DNA of 64,000 nucleotides from Lysobacteraceae bacterium (GCA_046598445.1 JBKJHV010000084.1:1552-65551), one strand, 5' to 3'. Shown: positions 1 through 8,764, counted from the first letter of the stretch. Notes: generated from the sequence alone by a model not told the origin. Program-made: numbers and translations.

Positions 1-48
1 GGTGGAACGGATGTTCGGGAGCATTCTGTTCGAGAGCGTGGTGTTCAT
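1..48 (-). CDS. 5' end of a gene running off the left edge (MNTTLSNRMLPNIRST...), product unknown
   Basis: ATG at 48 (minus) preceded by AGGA-like SD (caggacttcagcATG); open frame to window edge; co-oriented with upstream M23 gene. Confidence 0.5.
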   Translation of the reverse strand, partial: MNTTLSNRMLPNIRST

Positions 49-75
49 GCTGAAGTCCTGTTGGAGAGTGGAGAT

Positions 76-128
76 GGATGTGGATGTGGATGTGGATGTG
101 GATGTGGATGTGGATGTGGATGTGGATG
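76..128. repeat. Hexanucleotide microsatellite (GGATGT)x8 plus partial GGATG
   Basis: Directly visible perfect tandem repeat in the intergenic gap between 162..1583(-) and the gene starting at 48(-). Confidence 0.97.
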
Positions 129-161
129 GATGCATCGTTTTTCCGGCAGCCGCGTCGGCGC

Positions 162-1583
162 TTATTTGCGCCAGATCGCGGCATAGCGCGCGCTGCCGCC
201 TTCCGAGTAACCGGAGACCGCGCGCGTGAGCAGGCCTGCGCCGGTCGACGCTTCCCACTCGTTCTGGTACTGGGCGCTGGTCAGGCCGTGGCGCGCCTTG
301 TAGGTCGCGCCGGCTTTCGAACTCCAGATCGCGCTGAAGTAGGTCTGGCCGCCGTGGCCGTAGACGTTGACGTAGACCAGCCGGCGGCCTGCGTTGTCGT
401 TCGCATTGAACGCCTGCTGGTATTCGTTCGCGGTGAGCTGGGACTTCGACTGCCAGCTGCCGAGATCGACTTTTTCGTAGAGCGCGGTATAGCGACGCTC
501 GCCGCCGACCGAGGTCACCGCGACGTTGCGCGGGCGGAAGCCGGCAGCGCTCAGGGTGTCCATGCGCTGCTGGTGCTGCTGTGCGCTCAGACCGTGGTAT
601 GCGGTGACTTCGGGGCCGCCCTGTTTGCGGAAGATCGCGGCGTAGCGCACGCCGCCGTCGTCGGCGTAGCTTTCGACCATGGTCGGGCGATAGCCCTGGC
701 CGGTGAACTGATCGAAACGCTGCTGGTACTGCGCGCCGTTCAAGCCGTGCACCGCCTGCCACGGCGTGGTGCCGGCCGGCCGGAAGATCGCGTTGTAACG
801 CACATCGCCGCCGACGCTGAAGCCGTCGATCCATTCCAGCGCGTAGCCGGCCATCGATGCCTGATCGAACAGACATTGATAGTCGCGCGCCGGCACGCCG
901 TGACGCGCGACTTCCTTCGCGCCTGGCTTGATCGCGCCGGGCACGTTGCGCGCGTCGTAGCTCTTGCCGCTGACGAAACGGCCGCCGTCGATGCCGCAGA
1001 TCCGCGGGATGCGGTTGCGCTTGCTGCCGCTGTTGTCGGTGAGGAAACCGCCGACCGTGGCGATGCCGCCGGAGGCTTTCGGCACGCCGACCTCGAAATG
1101 CAGGTGATCGCCGCTGGCGCAGCCGACATCGCCTTCGTCGCCCAGATAGGTGCCGGCTTCGACGAACTGGCCGGCATTCAGCTTGGCCTTGCCGCTGGAC
1201 GAGCCCTTGCGCATATGCGTGTACTTGGTCCACTCGCCGTTGGCGTGCTCGATCCAGACGTAGTTGTTCTTCTGGTCGGCGGCGGCCAAGCCGTCGCAGT
1301 CGATGCGCTTGTCGAAGCCGTCGACGACATGGCGCACGAAGCCGTCGGCCGCGGCCACGATCTTGTAAGGACCGCCGCCGCGGCCGCCCATATCGATGCG
1401 CCCTGGCGGGCTGTGATCGACGTGATCGTTGCTGACCTTGACTTCGGTGCCGTTGGCGTAGGGAATGCGGTAGACGCCTTTGGAGGCGTCCAGCGCGAAG
1501 GCGGGGCCGCACAGCAGCATCGATGCGGCGATGGCGCAGAGCGCGCTGCGGTTGTGGGACGTGAGCATGGTGGTTTTCAACAT
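162..1583 (-). CDS. Secreted M23-family metallopeptidase with C-terminal tandem repeats (BTRD1/polyglycine-hydrolase-like repeats)
   Basis: Signal peptide (...GPAFA); M23 motifs H-x-x-x-x-x-x-D (HSPPGRID), YTH, HLHFEV; about five repeats of the type W-x-A-x-HGL-x-x-x-QYQ...GY...RYAAIW/F; GAGGAG SD before ATG 1583. Confidence 0.8.
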   Translation of the reverse strand: MLKTTMLTSHNRSALCAIAASMLLCGPAFALDASKGVYRIPYANGTEVKVSNDHVDHSPPGRIDMGGRGGGPYKIVAAADGFVRHVVDGFDKRIDCDGLAAADQKNNYVWIEHANGEWTKYTHMRKGSSSGKAKLNAGQFVEAGTYLGDEGDVGCASGDHLHFEVGVPKASGGIATVGGFLTDNSGSKRNRIPRICGIDGGRFVSGKSYDARNVPGAIKPGAKEVARHGVPARDYQCLFDQASMAGYALEWIDGFSVGGDVRYNAIFRPAGTTPWQAVHGLNGAQYQQRFDQFTGQGYRPTMVESYADDGGVRYAAIFRKQGGPEVTAYHGLSAQQHQQRMDTLSAAGFRPRNVAVTSVGGERRYTALYEKVDLGSWQSKSQLTANEYQQAFNANDNAGRRLVYVNVYGHGGQTYFSAIWSSKAGATYKARHGLTSAQYQNEWEASTGAGLLTRAVSGYSEGGSARYAAIWRK

Positions 1584-1661
1584 GATGGTCTCCTCGAAAG
1601 CGTGGGTGAGTCGGGCGTTGCGCTGCCGATTTTGCTTGCGCTGCATGCCCGCTCATCGAGG

Positions 1662-1691
1662 TAGTCGCGAAGCCGCGCCCGATCCCGCCAC
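1662..1691 (-). promoter_or_regulatory. Candidate ECF sigma promoter GTGGCGGGATC-N13-CGACTA driving the M23 gene
   Basis: Identical bipartite motif with identical spacer length occurs on the opposite strand at 1784..1813. Confidence 0.6.
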
Positions 1692-1783
1692 GTTTCCGCC
1701 ACTTTTTTTTGAATTATTTTTTGGGCATGCATCGACGGCCACATCCGCCCGCATTCCCCGTTGGGGCGAGGGCAGGGAATGAT

Positions 1784-1813
1784 GTGGCGGGATCCGCCGC
1801 TGTTTTCCGACTA
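1784..1813 (+). promoter_or_regulatory. Candidate ECF sigma promoter GTGGCGGGATC-N13-CGACTA driving the CARDB-like gene
   Basis: GTGGCGGGATC 1784-1794, 13-nt spacer, CGACTA 1808-1813; mirror copy at 1662..1691(-). Confidence 0.6.
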
Positions 1814-1882
1814 TCAGGAACGAGCCGCCATGTGCGGCGTCGTTCCAGCCCGCAAACTGCACTGTCTCCGAGGAAATTCAAC

Positions 1883-2470
1883 ATGTCGTCCACCGTACGC
1901 ACGCTGTCCTGCCTCGCGCTTGCCGCCGCGATGCTGTCTTCCACTTCCGATCTCGCCGCGCAAAGCCCGCAGGCGACGAAGCCGACCTTCACCGCGCCCG
2001 ACGATCCGGTGCCGAACGGCCCGACCCGGCCCGATCCCGACGGCGGAGACGTGGTCGCCCTGAAGGCCGTGGTGATGCGCGACCTTGCGCTCGAACCCGG
2101 CTTTACCTTCGCCGACACCCAGATCGCCTGGGGCAATACCGCGATCATCCAGGCGGCGACCGCGGTGGAGAAGAAGAACGGCAAGTGTTCCTTCCGCTAC
2201 GCGTACCGCACCCGCAACCATGGCCCGGTCGCGTCGTTGCCCACCCACAACCGCATCCGCTTCCAGACGATGGACGGCGCGGTGCTGTCGAGCCGGCCGC
2301 TGCCCGCGTTGGGCCACCATGCGGTCGCCAACAGCAGCGGCCACGTGCTGCTCGCCCCCGGCACCTGGATGCTGTACGTGCATGCCGACGCGACCGCGGT
2401 CAACGCCGAATCCGACGAGTCGAACAACCTGCGCCGGGTCAAGGTCACGGTGAAGGGAAGCTGCAGCTGA
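1883..2470 (+). CDS. Secreted protein with C-terminal CARDB/Ig-like domain
   Basis: GAGGA SD, signal peptide, Pro-rich linker, C-terminal 'AD...ESDESNN' CARDB-type motif. Confidence 0.65.
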   Translation: MSSTVRTLSCLALAAAMLSSTSDLAAQSPQATKPTFTAPDDPVPNGPTRPDPDGGDVVALKAVVMRDLALEPGFTFADTQIAWGNTAIIQAATAVEKKNGKCSFRYAYRTRNHGPVASLPTHNRIRFQTMDGAVLSSRPLPALGHHAVANSSGHVLLAPGTWMLYVHADATAVNAESDESNNLRRVKVTVKGSCS

Positions 2471-2504
2471 TGGGTGCTGTCGGCGCGGCTGTAGCGAACG
2501 ACGC

Positions 2505-5369
2505 TCAGTCGCGTCGTGTGGCGTCCGCCAAGGCCTGCGCGGCTTCGGTGGTACGCGGATCGTTCTCGCCGAACGCTTCCTTCCGCACTTTCAAGGCCTC
2601 GCGCAGCAGCGGCTCGGCTTCTTCCGCGCGGCCGCGCTCGATCAACAGCCGACCCAGCGGCACCAGCACCACCGCGAAACGCTGGTGGCCCGGCGCGAGG
2701 CGTTTGCGATAGATCGCCAGCGCCTGCCGCATCGCGCTTTCGGCTTCATCCAGTCGTTTCTGCCGGTACAGCACGATCCCCAGGCGGTTGAGCTGCATGC
2801 CCACGCGGTCGTGCTGGTCGCCGTAATGCTTGCGCTGGCCGACCAGCGCTTCGCGATACTGGCGCTCGGCGGCGACCAGATCGCCGCGTTTTTCGGCGAC
2901 CTGGCCCAGGTTGTAGACCACCATCCAGCGCCCGGGATTGTCGGCGGGATAGATGTCCAGCGCCTCGCGGTAATAGCGTTCCGCTTGTGCCAGGTGCGCC
3001 GTCGCGAGATTGCCGGTCTGCGAATCGCTCGCTTCCAGCCAGGTCTGACCGATGTCGTTGAGATTCAGCGCGATCGACGGATGGCGTTCGCCCAGCGCCT
3101 TGCGGCGGATGTCGAGCGCGCGCAGCAACAGCTCGCGCGCGCCGTCGAAATCGCGTCGGGTCTTCAGCACGCGGGCGAAAGTGATCATGGTCAGCGCGAC
3201 GTTGGGATGCGTCTCGCCCAGCGAGGCCTGCATCGACGCCAGCGCTTCGCGATACAGCGCCTCGGCCGAATCGTATTCGCCCAGATCGTTGCGCACCTGG
3301 GCCAGATCGGTCATCGCATACGCGATTTCCGGATGCTGCGCCGGCAGCAACTGCCGACGCAGGCTCAGCGACTGGCTCAGCAGCGGCTCCGCGCCGGCGT
3401 AATCGCCCTGGCGACGCAGGCTCATGCCGAGGTCGCCGAGATTATCGGCGACGCGCAGATGGCGTTCGCCGTGCAGCGTGCGGTGCATCGCCAGCGCCTC
3501 GCGGTACAGCGTTTCCGAGCCTGCGAATTCGCCGCGCAGATCGAGCAGTTGGGCCAGATCGCCCAGCGTGGCCGCGATGTCTTCGTGATCCTTGCCGAAC
3601 GCCGCGCGATAGCGTCCCAGCGCCTCGCGCAGATCGGTTTCGGCGGCGGCGTAGTGGCCGCGGTCGCTGCGCACGCGGCCGCGGCTGCGCAGCGCGCGCG
3701 CCAGCAGCAAGGGTTGCCGCGATGCTTCGGCGCGGGCGATCTGCAGGCTGCGCGCGAATAGGGTCTCGGCGCGGTCGTACTCGCCCAGCTGGCGATACGC
3801 TTCGCCCACCGCGTCCAGCAGTTCGATCTGCACGTCTGGCTGGCCGCCGAGTTCGCGTTCGATCGACGCCCAGCCGCGATCCAACAGTTCGCGCGCGCTG
3901 AGCTGCGCGCTGCCGGACGCATCGGGATTCGCGCCCTCGAATATGCGCAGCACCAGCGTCTTCACCTGCAATGCCTTCGCGGCTTCCGCCTGCGCACGGT
4001 CGCGTTCGCGCGCCAGCGCGCTGGCCTGGATCGTCACCGTCACCGCATAGCCGGCGATCATCGCGACGATCGCCACGCTCGCGGCCACCGCCCAGGCATG
4101 CCGGCGGACGAACTTGCCGGTGCGGTAGCTCCAGGTTTCCGGCCGCGCGCGCACCGGCCGGCCCTGCCGCCAGCGCTCCAGATCCTCGACCATCGCGATC
4201 GCCGACGCGTAGCGGCGCTCGGGCTCCTTGCGCAGCGCTTTGAGCACGATATTGTCGAGATCGCCGCGCAGCTTGCGGCGCAGCGCCGACGGCGTGGTCT
4301 GGCGTGCGGTCGCGCTGCTGTGATCGGCGCCGTCTTCGCCGACCACGCGTTCGCTCGGGCGCACCGGCTCGGCGCGGCAGATCGCGGTTTCCAACGTCTG
4401 CTGCGACATGTCGGTCACGCGCTGTGCGCGTTGGCCGGTCAGCAGTTCGTACAGCAGCAGGCCGAGTTGATAGACATCGGTCGCGGTCGACGCCGGCTGG
4501 CCGTAGACCTGTTCCGGCGTGGCGTAGTCCGGCGTGAACACGCGCAGCGCGGTGCGGCTCAGCGGCTCTTCGCCCAGCGGTTCGTCGGCCAGCGCTTTGG
4601 CGATGCCGAAATCCAGCAGCTTCGCCTTGCCGTCGGTGCCGATGATGATGTTGCCGGGCTTGATGTCGCGATGGGCGATCAGATTGCGGTGCGCGTACGC
4701 CACCGCCTGCGCCACCTGTACGAACAGCGCGACGCGCTGATCGACGCTCAGCCGCTCGCGGTCGCAGGCGCGGTCGATCGGTTCGCCTTCGACATATTCC
4801 ATCACCAGATACGGCCGGCCCTGCGGGTCGCGGCCGCCGTCGAGCAGCCGCGCGATGCCTTCGTGATTCAGCGTCGCCAGGATCTGCCGCTCCTGCTCGA
4901 AGCGGCGCAGGAACTCGTCGGAGTCGGCGCCCGCGCGCAGCAGTTTCATCGCGCCGTGCTGGCGGAACCCGCCCTCGCTGCGTTCGACCAGATACACAGT
5001 GCCCATGCCGCCGCGGCCCAGCGTGCGCAGCGCGTGCCAGACGCCGATTCGGAAATCATCGAAACCGGCGTCGTCGAAAGACAGCGCGGGCGAGGGCGCT
5101 TCCAACTCGCCGCTGCCCGAGGCGCGATCGAACATCGCCTGCCACAGCGGCTGCGCCAGCGCGCGCGGCGTCAGACCCGAGGCGTCGAGTCCGGGCGACT
5201 CCGCCAGCGTCAGCAGTTCGTGCAGTTCGGCCGCCAGCGTCGGCTCGCGGGCTTCGAGGTCGGCGAGAAACCGCGCGCGCGGGTCGCCTTCCAGATCCAG
5301 CGCCTCGTCGAACAGCGCATCCAGGCGGATGCGCGGGTCTTGGCCATCGCCGTGCTTGCCGGCGCTCAT
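2505..5369 (-). CDS. Membrane Ser/Thr protein kinase with extracytoplasmic TPR repeats
   Basis: LGRGGMGTVY, AMK, HRDIKPGN, DFGIAK, TPDYATPEQ, DVYQLG; TM segment; many TPRs; ATG 5369 overlaps the sigma factor stop (ATGA). Confidence 0.93.
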   Translation of the reverse strand: MSAGKHGDGQDPRIRLDALFDEALDLEGDPRARFLADLEAREPTLAAELHELLTLAESPGLDASGLTPRALAQPLWQAMFDRASGSGELEAPSPALSFDDAGFDDFRIGVWHALRTLGRGGMGTVYLVERSEGGFRQHGAMKLLRAGADSDEFLRRFEQERQILATLNHEGIARLLDGGRDPQGRPYLVMEYVEGEPIDRACDRERLSVDQRVALFVQVAQAVAYAHRNLIAHRDIKPGNIIIGTDGKAKLLDFGIAKALADEPLGEEPLSRTALRVFTPDYATPEQVYGQPASTATDVYQLGLLLYELLTGQRAQRVTDMSQQTLETAICRAEPVRPSERVVGEDGADHSSATARQTTPSALRRKLRGDLDNIVLKALRKEPERRYASAIAMVEDLERWRQGRPVRARPETWSYRTGKFVRRHAWAVAASVAIVAMIAGYAVTVTIQASALARERDRAQAEAAKALQVKTLVLRIFEGANPDASGSAQLSARELLDRGWASIERELGGQPDVQIELLDAVGEAYRQLGEYDRAETLFARSLQIARAEASRQPLLLARALRSRGRVRSDRGHYAAAETDLREALGRYRAAFGKDHEDIAATLGDLAQLLDLRGEFAGSETLYREALAMHRTLHGERHLRVADNLGDLGMSLRRQGDYAGAEPLLSQSLSLRRQLLPAQHPEIAYAMTDLAQVRNDLGEYDSAEALYREALASMQASLGETHPNVALTMITFARVLKTRRDFDGARELLLRALDIRRKALGERHPSIALNLNDIGQTWLEASDSQTGNLATAHLAQAERYYREALDIYPADNPGRWMVVYNLGQVAEKRGDLVAAERQYREALVGQRKHYGDQHDRVGMQLNRLGIVLYRQKRLDEAESAMRQALAIYRKRLAPGHQRFAVVLVPLGRLLIERGRAEEAEPLLREALKVRKEAFGENDPRTTEAAQALADATRRD

Positions 5370-5956
5370 TCGCCGTCGAGCGCTTTCAGCAGCCAGACCC
5401 GGGCGCGCATCCAGTCGCGCTGCACGGTGCGCAGCGAGCTGCCCATGGCCTCGGCGGTTTCCTCCTCGGTCAGGCCGGCGAAGTAGCGGCATTCCACCAC
5501 CTGGGCGAGGCGCGGGTTGAACGCCGCCAGCCCTTCCAGCGCGCCGTCGATGGCGAGCATTCTTTCGGGCGCGTCCTCGGTGCTGACCAGATCGGGGGCC
5601 AGCGTCACCTGGACCTGGTCGCCGCCGCGCTTGCCTGCCAGCCGTCGCCGCGAGTCGTCCACCAGGATCCGGCGCATCGCCCGCGCGCAGATCGCGAAGA
5701 AATGCCCGCGGTTCTGCCAGTCCACGCCGCCTTCGCCGACCAGTTGGATGTAGGCCTCCTGCACCAGACTGGTGGTGTCCAGCAGCGCCCCGCGCCGGCC
5801 GTTGCGGGCCAGCTGGCCATGGGCGATGGCGCGCAACTGGTCGTAGACAATCGGCACCATCCGGTCGAACGCGTCGCGGTCGCCGGCGTGGTGGCGCTGC
5901 AGCAGTTGGGTGATGTCATTGAGGGCGTGGTCGCTGAGGACGTGGTCGCTGGGCAT
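5366..5956 (-). CDS. ECF sigma factor, kinase-associated type (ECF43/TIGR02999-like)
   Basis: VYDQLRAIA, LDTTSLVQEAY, HFFAICARAMRRILVD, RYFAGLTEEETA...TVQRDW; translationally coupled to a Ser/Thr kinase. Confidence 0.9.
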   Translation of the reverse strand: MPSDHVLSDHALNDITQLLQRHHAGDRDAFDRMVPIVYDQLRAIAHGQLARNGRRGALLDTTSLVQEAYIQLVGEGGVDWQNRGHFFAICARAMRRILVDDSRRRLAGKRGGDQVQVTLAPDLVSTEDAPERMLAIDGALEGLAAFNPRLAQVVECRYFAGLTEEETAEAMGSSLRTVQRDWMRARVWLLKALDGE

Positions 5957-6140
5957 GGCGTCGCTCGGTGTAGGTTCGGCGGGAGGCGGCTTCGCCAGGA
6001 CGCTCTATTAAACGTCAGAATCCGTACCGGACGGGCCGGGCAGGATGCATCGGAAGCATGGGCGTCTTGCGTATTGCATTGCACGGGCGCGATAAAGTTG
6101 CTTCAATACCGCCCAGCGTTCTGTATATGGAAAAGTGGAC

Positions 6141-7118
6141 ATGAACGATCTCAACGACCTGTATTACTTCGCGATGGTGGTCGAACACTCCGGATTCGCC
6201 GCCGCCGAGCGCGCGCTGGGCATCCCGAAATCGCGTCTCAGCCGCCGCATCAGCCAGCTCGAAACCGACATGGGCGCGCGCCTGTTGCAGCGTTCCACCC
6301 GACGCTTCGCGGTGACCGACGTCGGCCAGAGCGTCTACCGCCACGCGCAGTCGATGCCCGCCGAAGCCAGCGCCGCGCGCGAAGTGGTGGACCGGCTCAG
6401 CGCCGAACCCCGCGGCCTGGTGCGGGTGAGCGTGCCGGTGGGCATCGCCCAGGAGCTGATGCCGAAACTGCTGCCCGATTTCCTGGCCCGCTACCCGCTG
6501 GTGCGCGTGCAACTGCACGTCAACAACCGCCGCGTCGACGTGATCAACGAAGGTTTCGACGTCGCCATCCGCGTGCGCGCCAAGCTGGACGACGACGGCA
6601 GCCTGGTGATGCGCAGCTTCGGTCAGATCCAGGAACTGCTGGTCGCCAGCCCGAAATATCTCGACCGCGCCGGCCGCCCGCGCGACCCGGAAGAGCTCGC
6701 CAACCACACCACGCTCAGCATGAGCGAGGACGAGGCCCGCCAGCGCTGGGAACTGCAGGGCGCGGGCGGCGAAGTCCGCCGGGTCGAACTCAAGCCGCGG
6801 GTCTCCGGGTTCGATTTCCCGATGCTGATGGCGCTGGCCAAGCAGGGCCTGGGCGTGACCCTCATCCCCGAAACCATCTGCGCCGACGCCGTGCGCAATC
6901 GCGAGCTGGAAGTGGTGCTGCCCGCCTGGCGCCTGCCCATGGGCATCTGCCACGCGGTCTTCGCCTCGCGCCGCGGTCTGCTGCCGGCGGTGCGGATGTT
7001 CATCGACTACCTCGCCGAGAACATGCCCCCGCTGCTGGAGGCCTCGCGCCTCAACTGCCTGCACTGCCCGGGTGGGATGGCGCCGGAGAAGCAGGTTAAA
7101 ATCGCCGAGACGGTGTGA
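6141..7118 (+). CDS. LysR-family transcriptional regulator
   Basis: N-terminal HTH (DLNDLYYF...FAAAERALGIPKSRLSRRISQLE...LLQRSTR), substrate-binding domain (EGFDVAIR). Confidence 0.93.
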   Translation: MNDLNDLYYFAMVVEHSGFAAAERALGIPKSRLSRRISQLETDMGARLLQRSTRRFAVTDVGQSVYRHAQSMPAEASAAREVVDRLSAEPRGLVRVSVPVGIAQELMPKLLPDFLARYPLVRVQLHVNNRRVDVINEGFDVAIRVRAKLDDDGSLVMRSFGQIQELLVASPKYLDRAGRPRDPEELANHTTLSMSEDEARQRWELQGAGGEVRRVELKPRVSGFDFPMLMALAKQGLGVTLIPETICADAVRNRELEVVLPAWRLPMGICHAVFASRRGLLPAVRMFIDYLAENMPPLLEASRLNCLHCPGGMAPEKQVKIAETV

Positions 7119-7209
7119 GGGTGGCTGGCACGAGAAGCGCCGAGAGGGTGTGACGATGGGCGACAGGGGGAAGCGGGGCGGGGCGCTCAACGCGCATCGA
7201 ACCCTCCCA

Positions 7210-7308
7210 CTGTCATCCCGAGCCGAAGGCGAGGGACCTGCTGTTCTGCTTTCGCGCAAGAACAACAACAGGTCCCTCACCCGATAAAGCCGGGATTCGG
7301 GATGACAG
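7210..7308. repeat. Palindromic repeat element (GTCATCCCG...CGGGATGAC type)
   Basis: 12-bp terminal IR CTGTCATCCCGA/TCGGGATGACAG and internal IR GAGGGACCTG/CAGGTCCCTC. Confidence 0.75.
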
Positions 7309-7338
7309 GATTTTTTTCTGCCGTAGTTGAAAAAATAC

Positions 7339-7428
7339 GGAAGCGTGGCCGAGTGGTTTAAGGCAGCAGTCTTGAAAACTGCCGTGGGTTTACGCCCACC
7401 GTGGGTTCGAATCCCACTCTCTCCGCCA
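7339..7428 (+). tRNA. tRNA-Ser(TGA) with imperfect acceptor stem
   Basis: D arm TGGCCGAGTGGTTTAAGGCA, anticodon arm GCAGT-CTTGAAA-ACTGC, long variable arm, T arm GTGGG-TTCGAAT-CCCAC, 3' GCCA; 90 nt. Confidence 0.93.
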
Positions 7429-7465
7429 AATGTTTAGCCTGGGCCATATGATTTGATGGGGTGTT

Positions 7466-8764
7466 CTAGGAAAGTACTTTCCGGACAGGGGAAATCGTAC
7501 CAATCATGTCCGCGGGCACTGCGAAACCATCGTCCATCCGCATCTGTGGCGTGTGGCCGGCGGCGAATTCGAAGCGGAAGTCGCGTGTCATCAGCGCGCA
7601 GTACAGCAGCAACTGTGCGTGGCCGACTGCAGCGCCGACGCATGAGCGGGGGCCAAAGCCGAAAGGGACGTAGGCGCTCGGTGCCGTCTGTCGGCGCGAG
7701 GGCAGCCAGCGATCTGGGTCGAAGGTTTCCGGATCTTCCCAGTATTCGTCCGAATGATGCTGGATGTACGAACTCAGTTCGTAGGTCTCGCCTTTTTTGA
7801 CTGAGACGCCATCGAAGGCGATATCGCGCGATGCGATGCGACGTGTGACGAACGGGGTGGTCCATAGTCGCATGGCTTCTTTGATGAAACGCATCGTGCA
7901 TGGAAGTTTTCGCACCGGTAGCCGATACAGCTCATCCGCGTCCAACGCACTGGTTTCTTCGCAGATGCGTGCGTACCAATCCGGGTATTTCGAAAAAGCG
8001 TAGAGCAGGCAGGCGGCCATCATTCCTGGAACGCCTGAAATAGCGATCAACTGCACCGTCACAAGGTACGTCACCCGATCCACGCCGATCCTGTCGTTGA
8101 GGGTAAGCAGCGATTGTGCATAGTCCTCGTGCGAGTCGCCGCTACGGACGCGACGCTTGAGTTCGCGGGTGATGACCCGGCTGGATGCGCGCAGTACCCT
8201 GAAATCGGAGATACGCTGTCTGAACGAAATGAGCTGGGTCTGCTGCACGCGGAACCGCAATTCCTGTTCGGCGATGAGGGCGCGCGCTCCATCGGAATCG
8301 ACGTTGTCGATCACCATCGGGATCAGCGTGCGCGACATCATCTGCCACACGATCTTGGTCAGATCTTCGCTGCGCCCCGCATGCGCTTGAAGATCTGCAC
8401 GCATGCGTTCGTAAAGCGATTCCATGTGCGCAGGCGCCGAGAGTTTCGCACTTTGCTCGGCGATCAGCGAGCGCACTTCGCGCCACTCGACCGGCTCGGC
8501 GGATTTGCGCATCTTCAACAGATCGATCAGCGACTCCGCAACCTTGAGATCCCGGGCGTTCTCCTTGTCGACCTTCAGTGCAAGCACCGGGTCGAATATG
8601 CCGATCACCCCATCCTCAAGCTTCACGATCGGGCCATCGCGGCGTGCTCGTTCGAGCAGGCGGGCCGCAGGATTGAATTCGGTGGCTTCGACGTCGACGG
8701 TCAAGTGCATGTCCTCATTCGTGAGGGAAGGTGGCCGATGGTCGGCCACCTTCTTCGTGTGCAT
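7466..8764 (-). CDS. Cytochrome P450, probable RiPP aromatic cross-linking enzyme
   Basis: ExxR (KEAMRL), PDRW, heme motif FGFGPRSCVG; atypical I-helix (ISGVPG); immediately downstream of a Trp/Tyr-rich short ORF. Confidence 0.92.
   Translation of the reverse strand: MHTKKVADHRPPSLTNEDMHLTVDVEATEFNPAARLLERARRDGPIVKLEDGVIGIFDPVLALKVDKENARDLKVAESLIDLLKMRKSAEPVEWREVRSLIAEQSAKLSAPAHMESLYERMRADLQAHAGRSEDLTKIVWQMMSRTLIPMVIDNVDSDGARALIAEQELRFRVQQTQLISFRQRISDFRVLRASSRVITRELKRRVRSGDSHEDYAQSLLTLNDRIGVDRVTYLVTVQLIAISGVPGMMAACLLYAFSKYPDWYARICEETSALDADELYRLPVRKLPCTMRFIKEAMRLWTTPFVTRRIASRDIAFDGVSVKKGETYELSSYIQHHSDEYWEDPETFDPDRWLPSRRQTAPSAYVPFGFGPRSCVGAAVGHAQLLLYCALMTRDFRFEFAAGHTPQMRMDDGFAVPADMIGTISPVRKVLS

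Noticed and set aside
78-1664. 528-aa plus-strand ORF starting MWMWMW...
   Set aside because: Start is created by the microsatellite and the rest is the antisense shadow of the M23 gene
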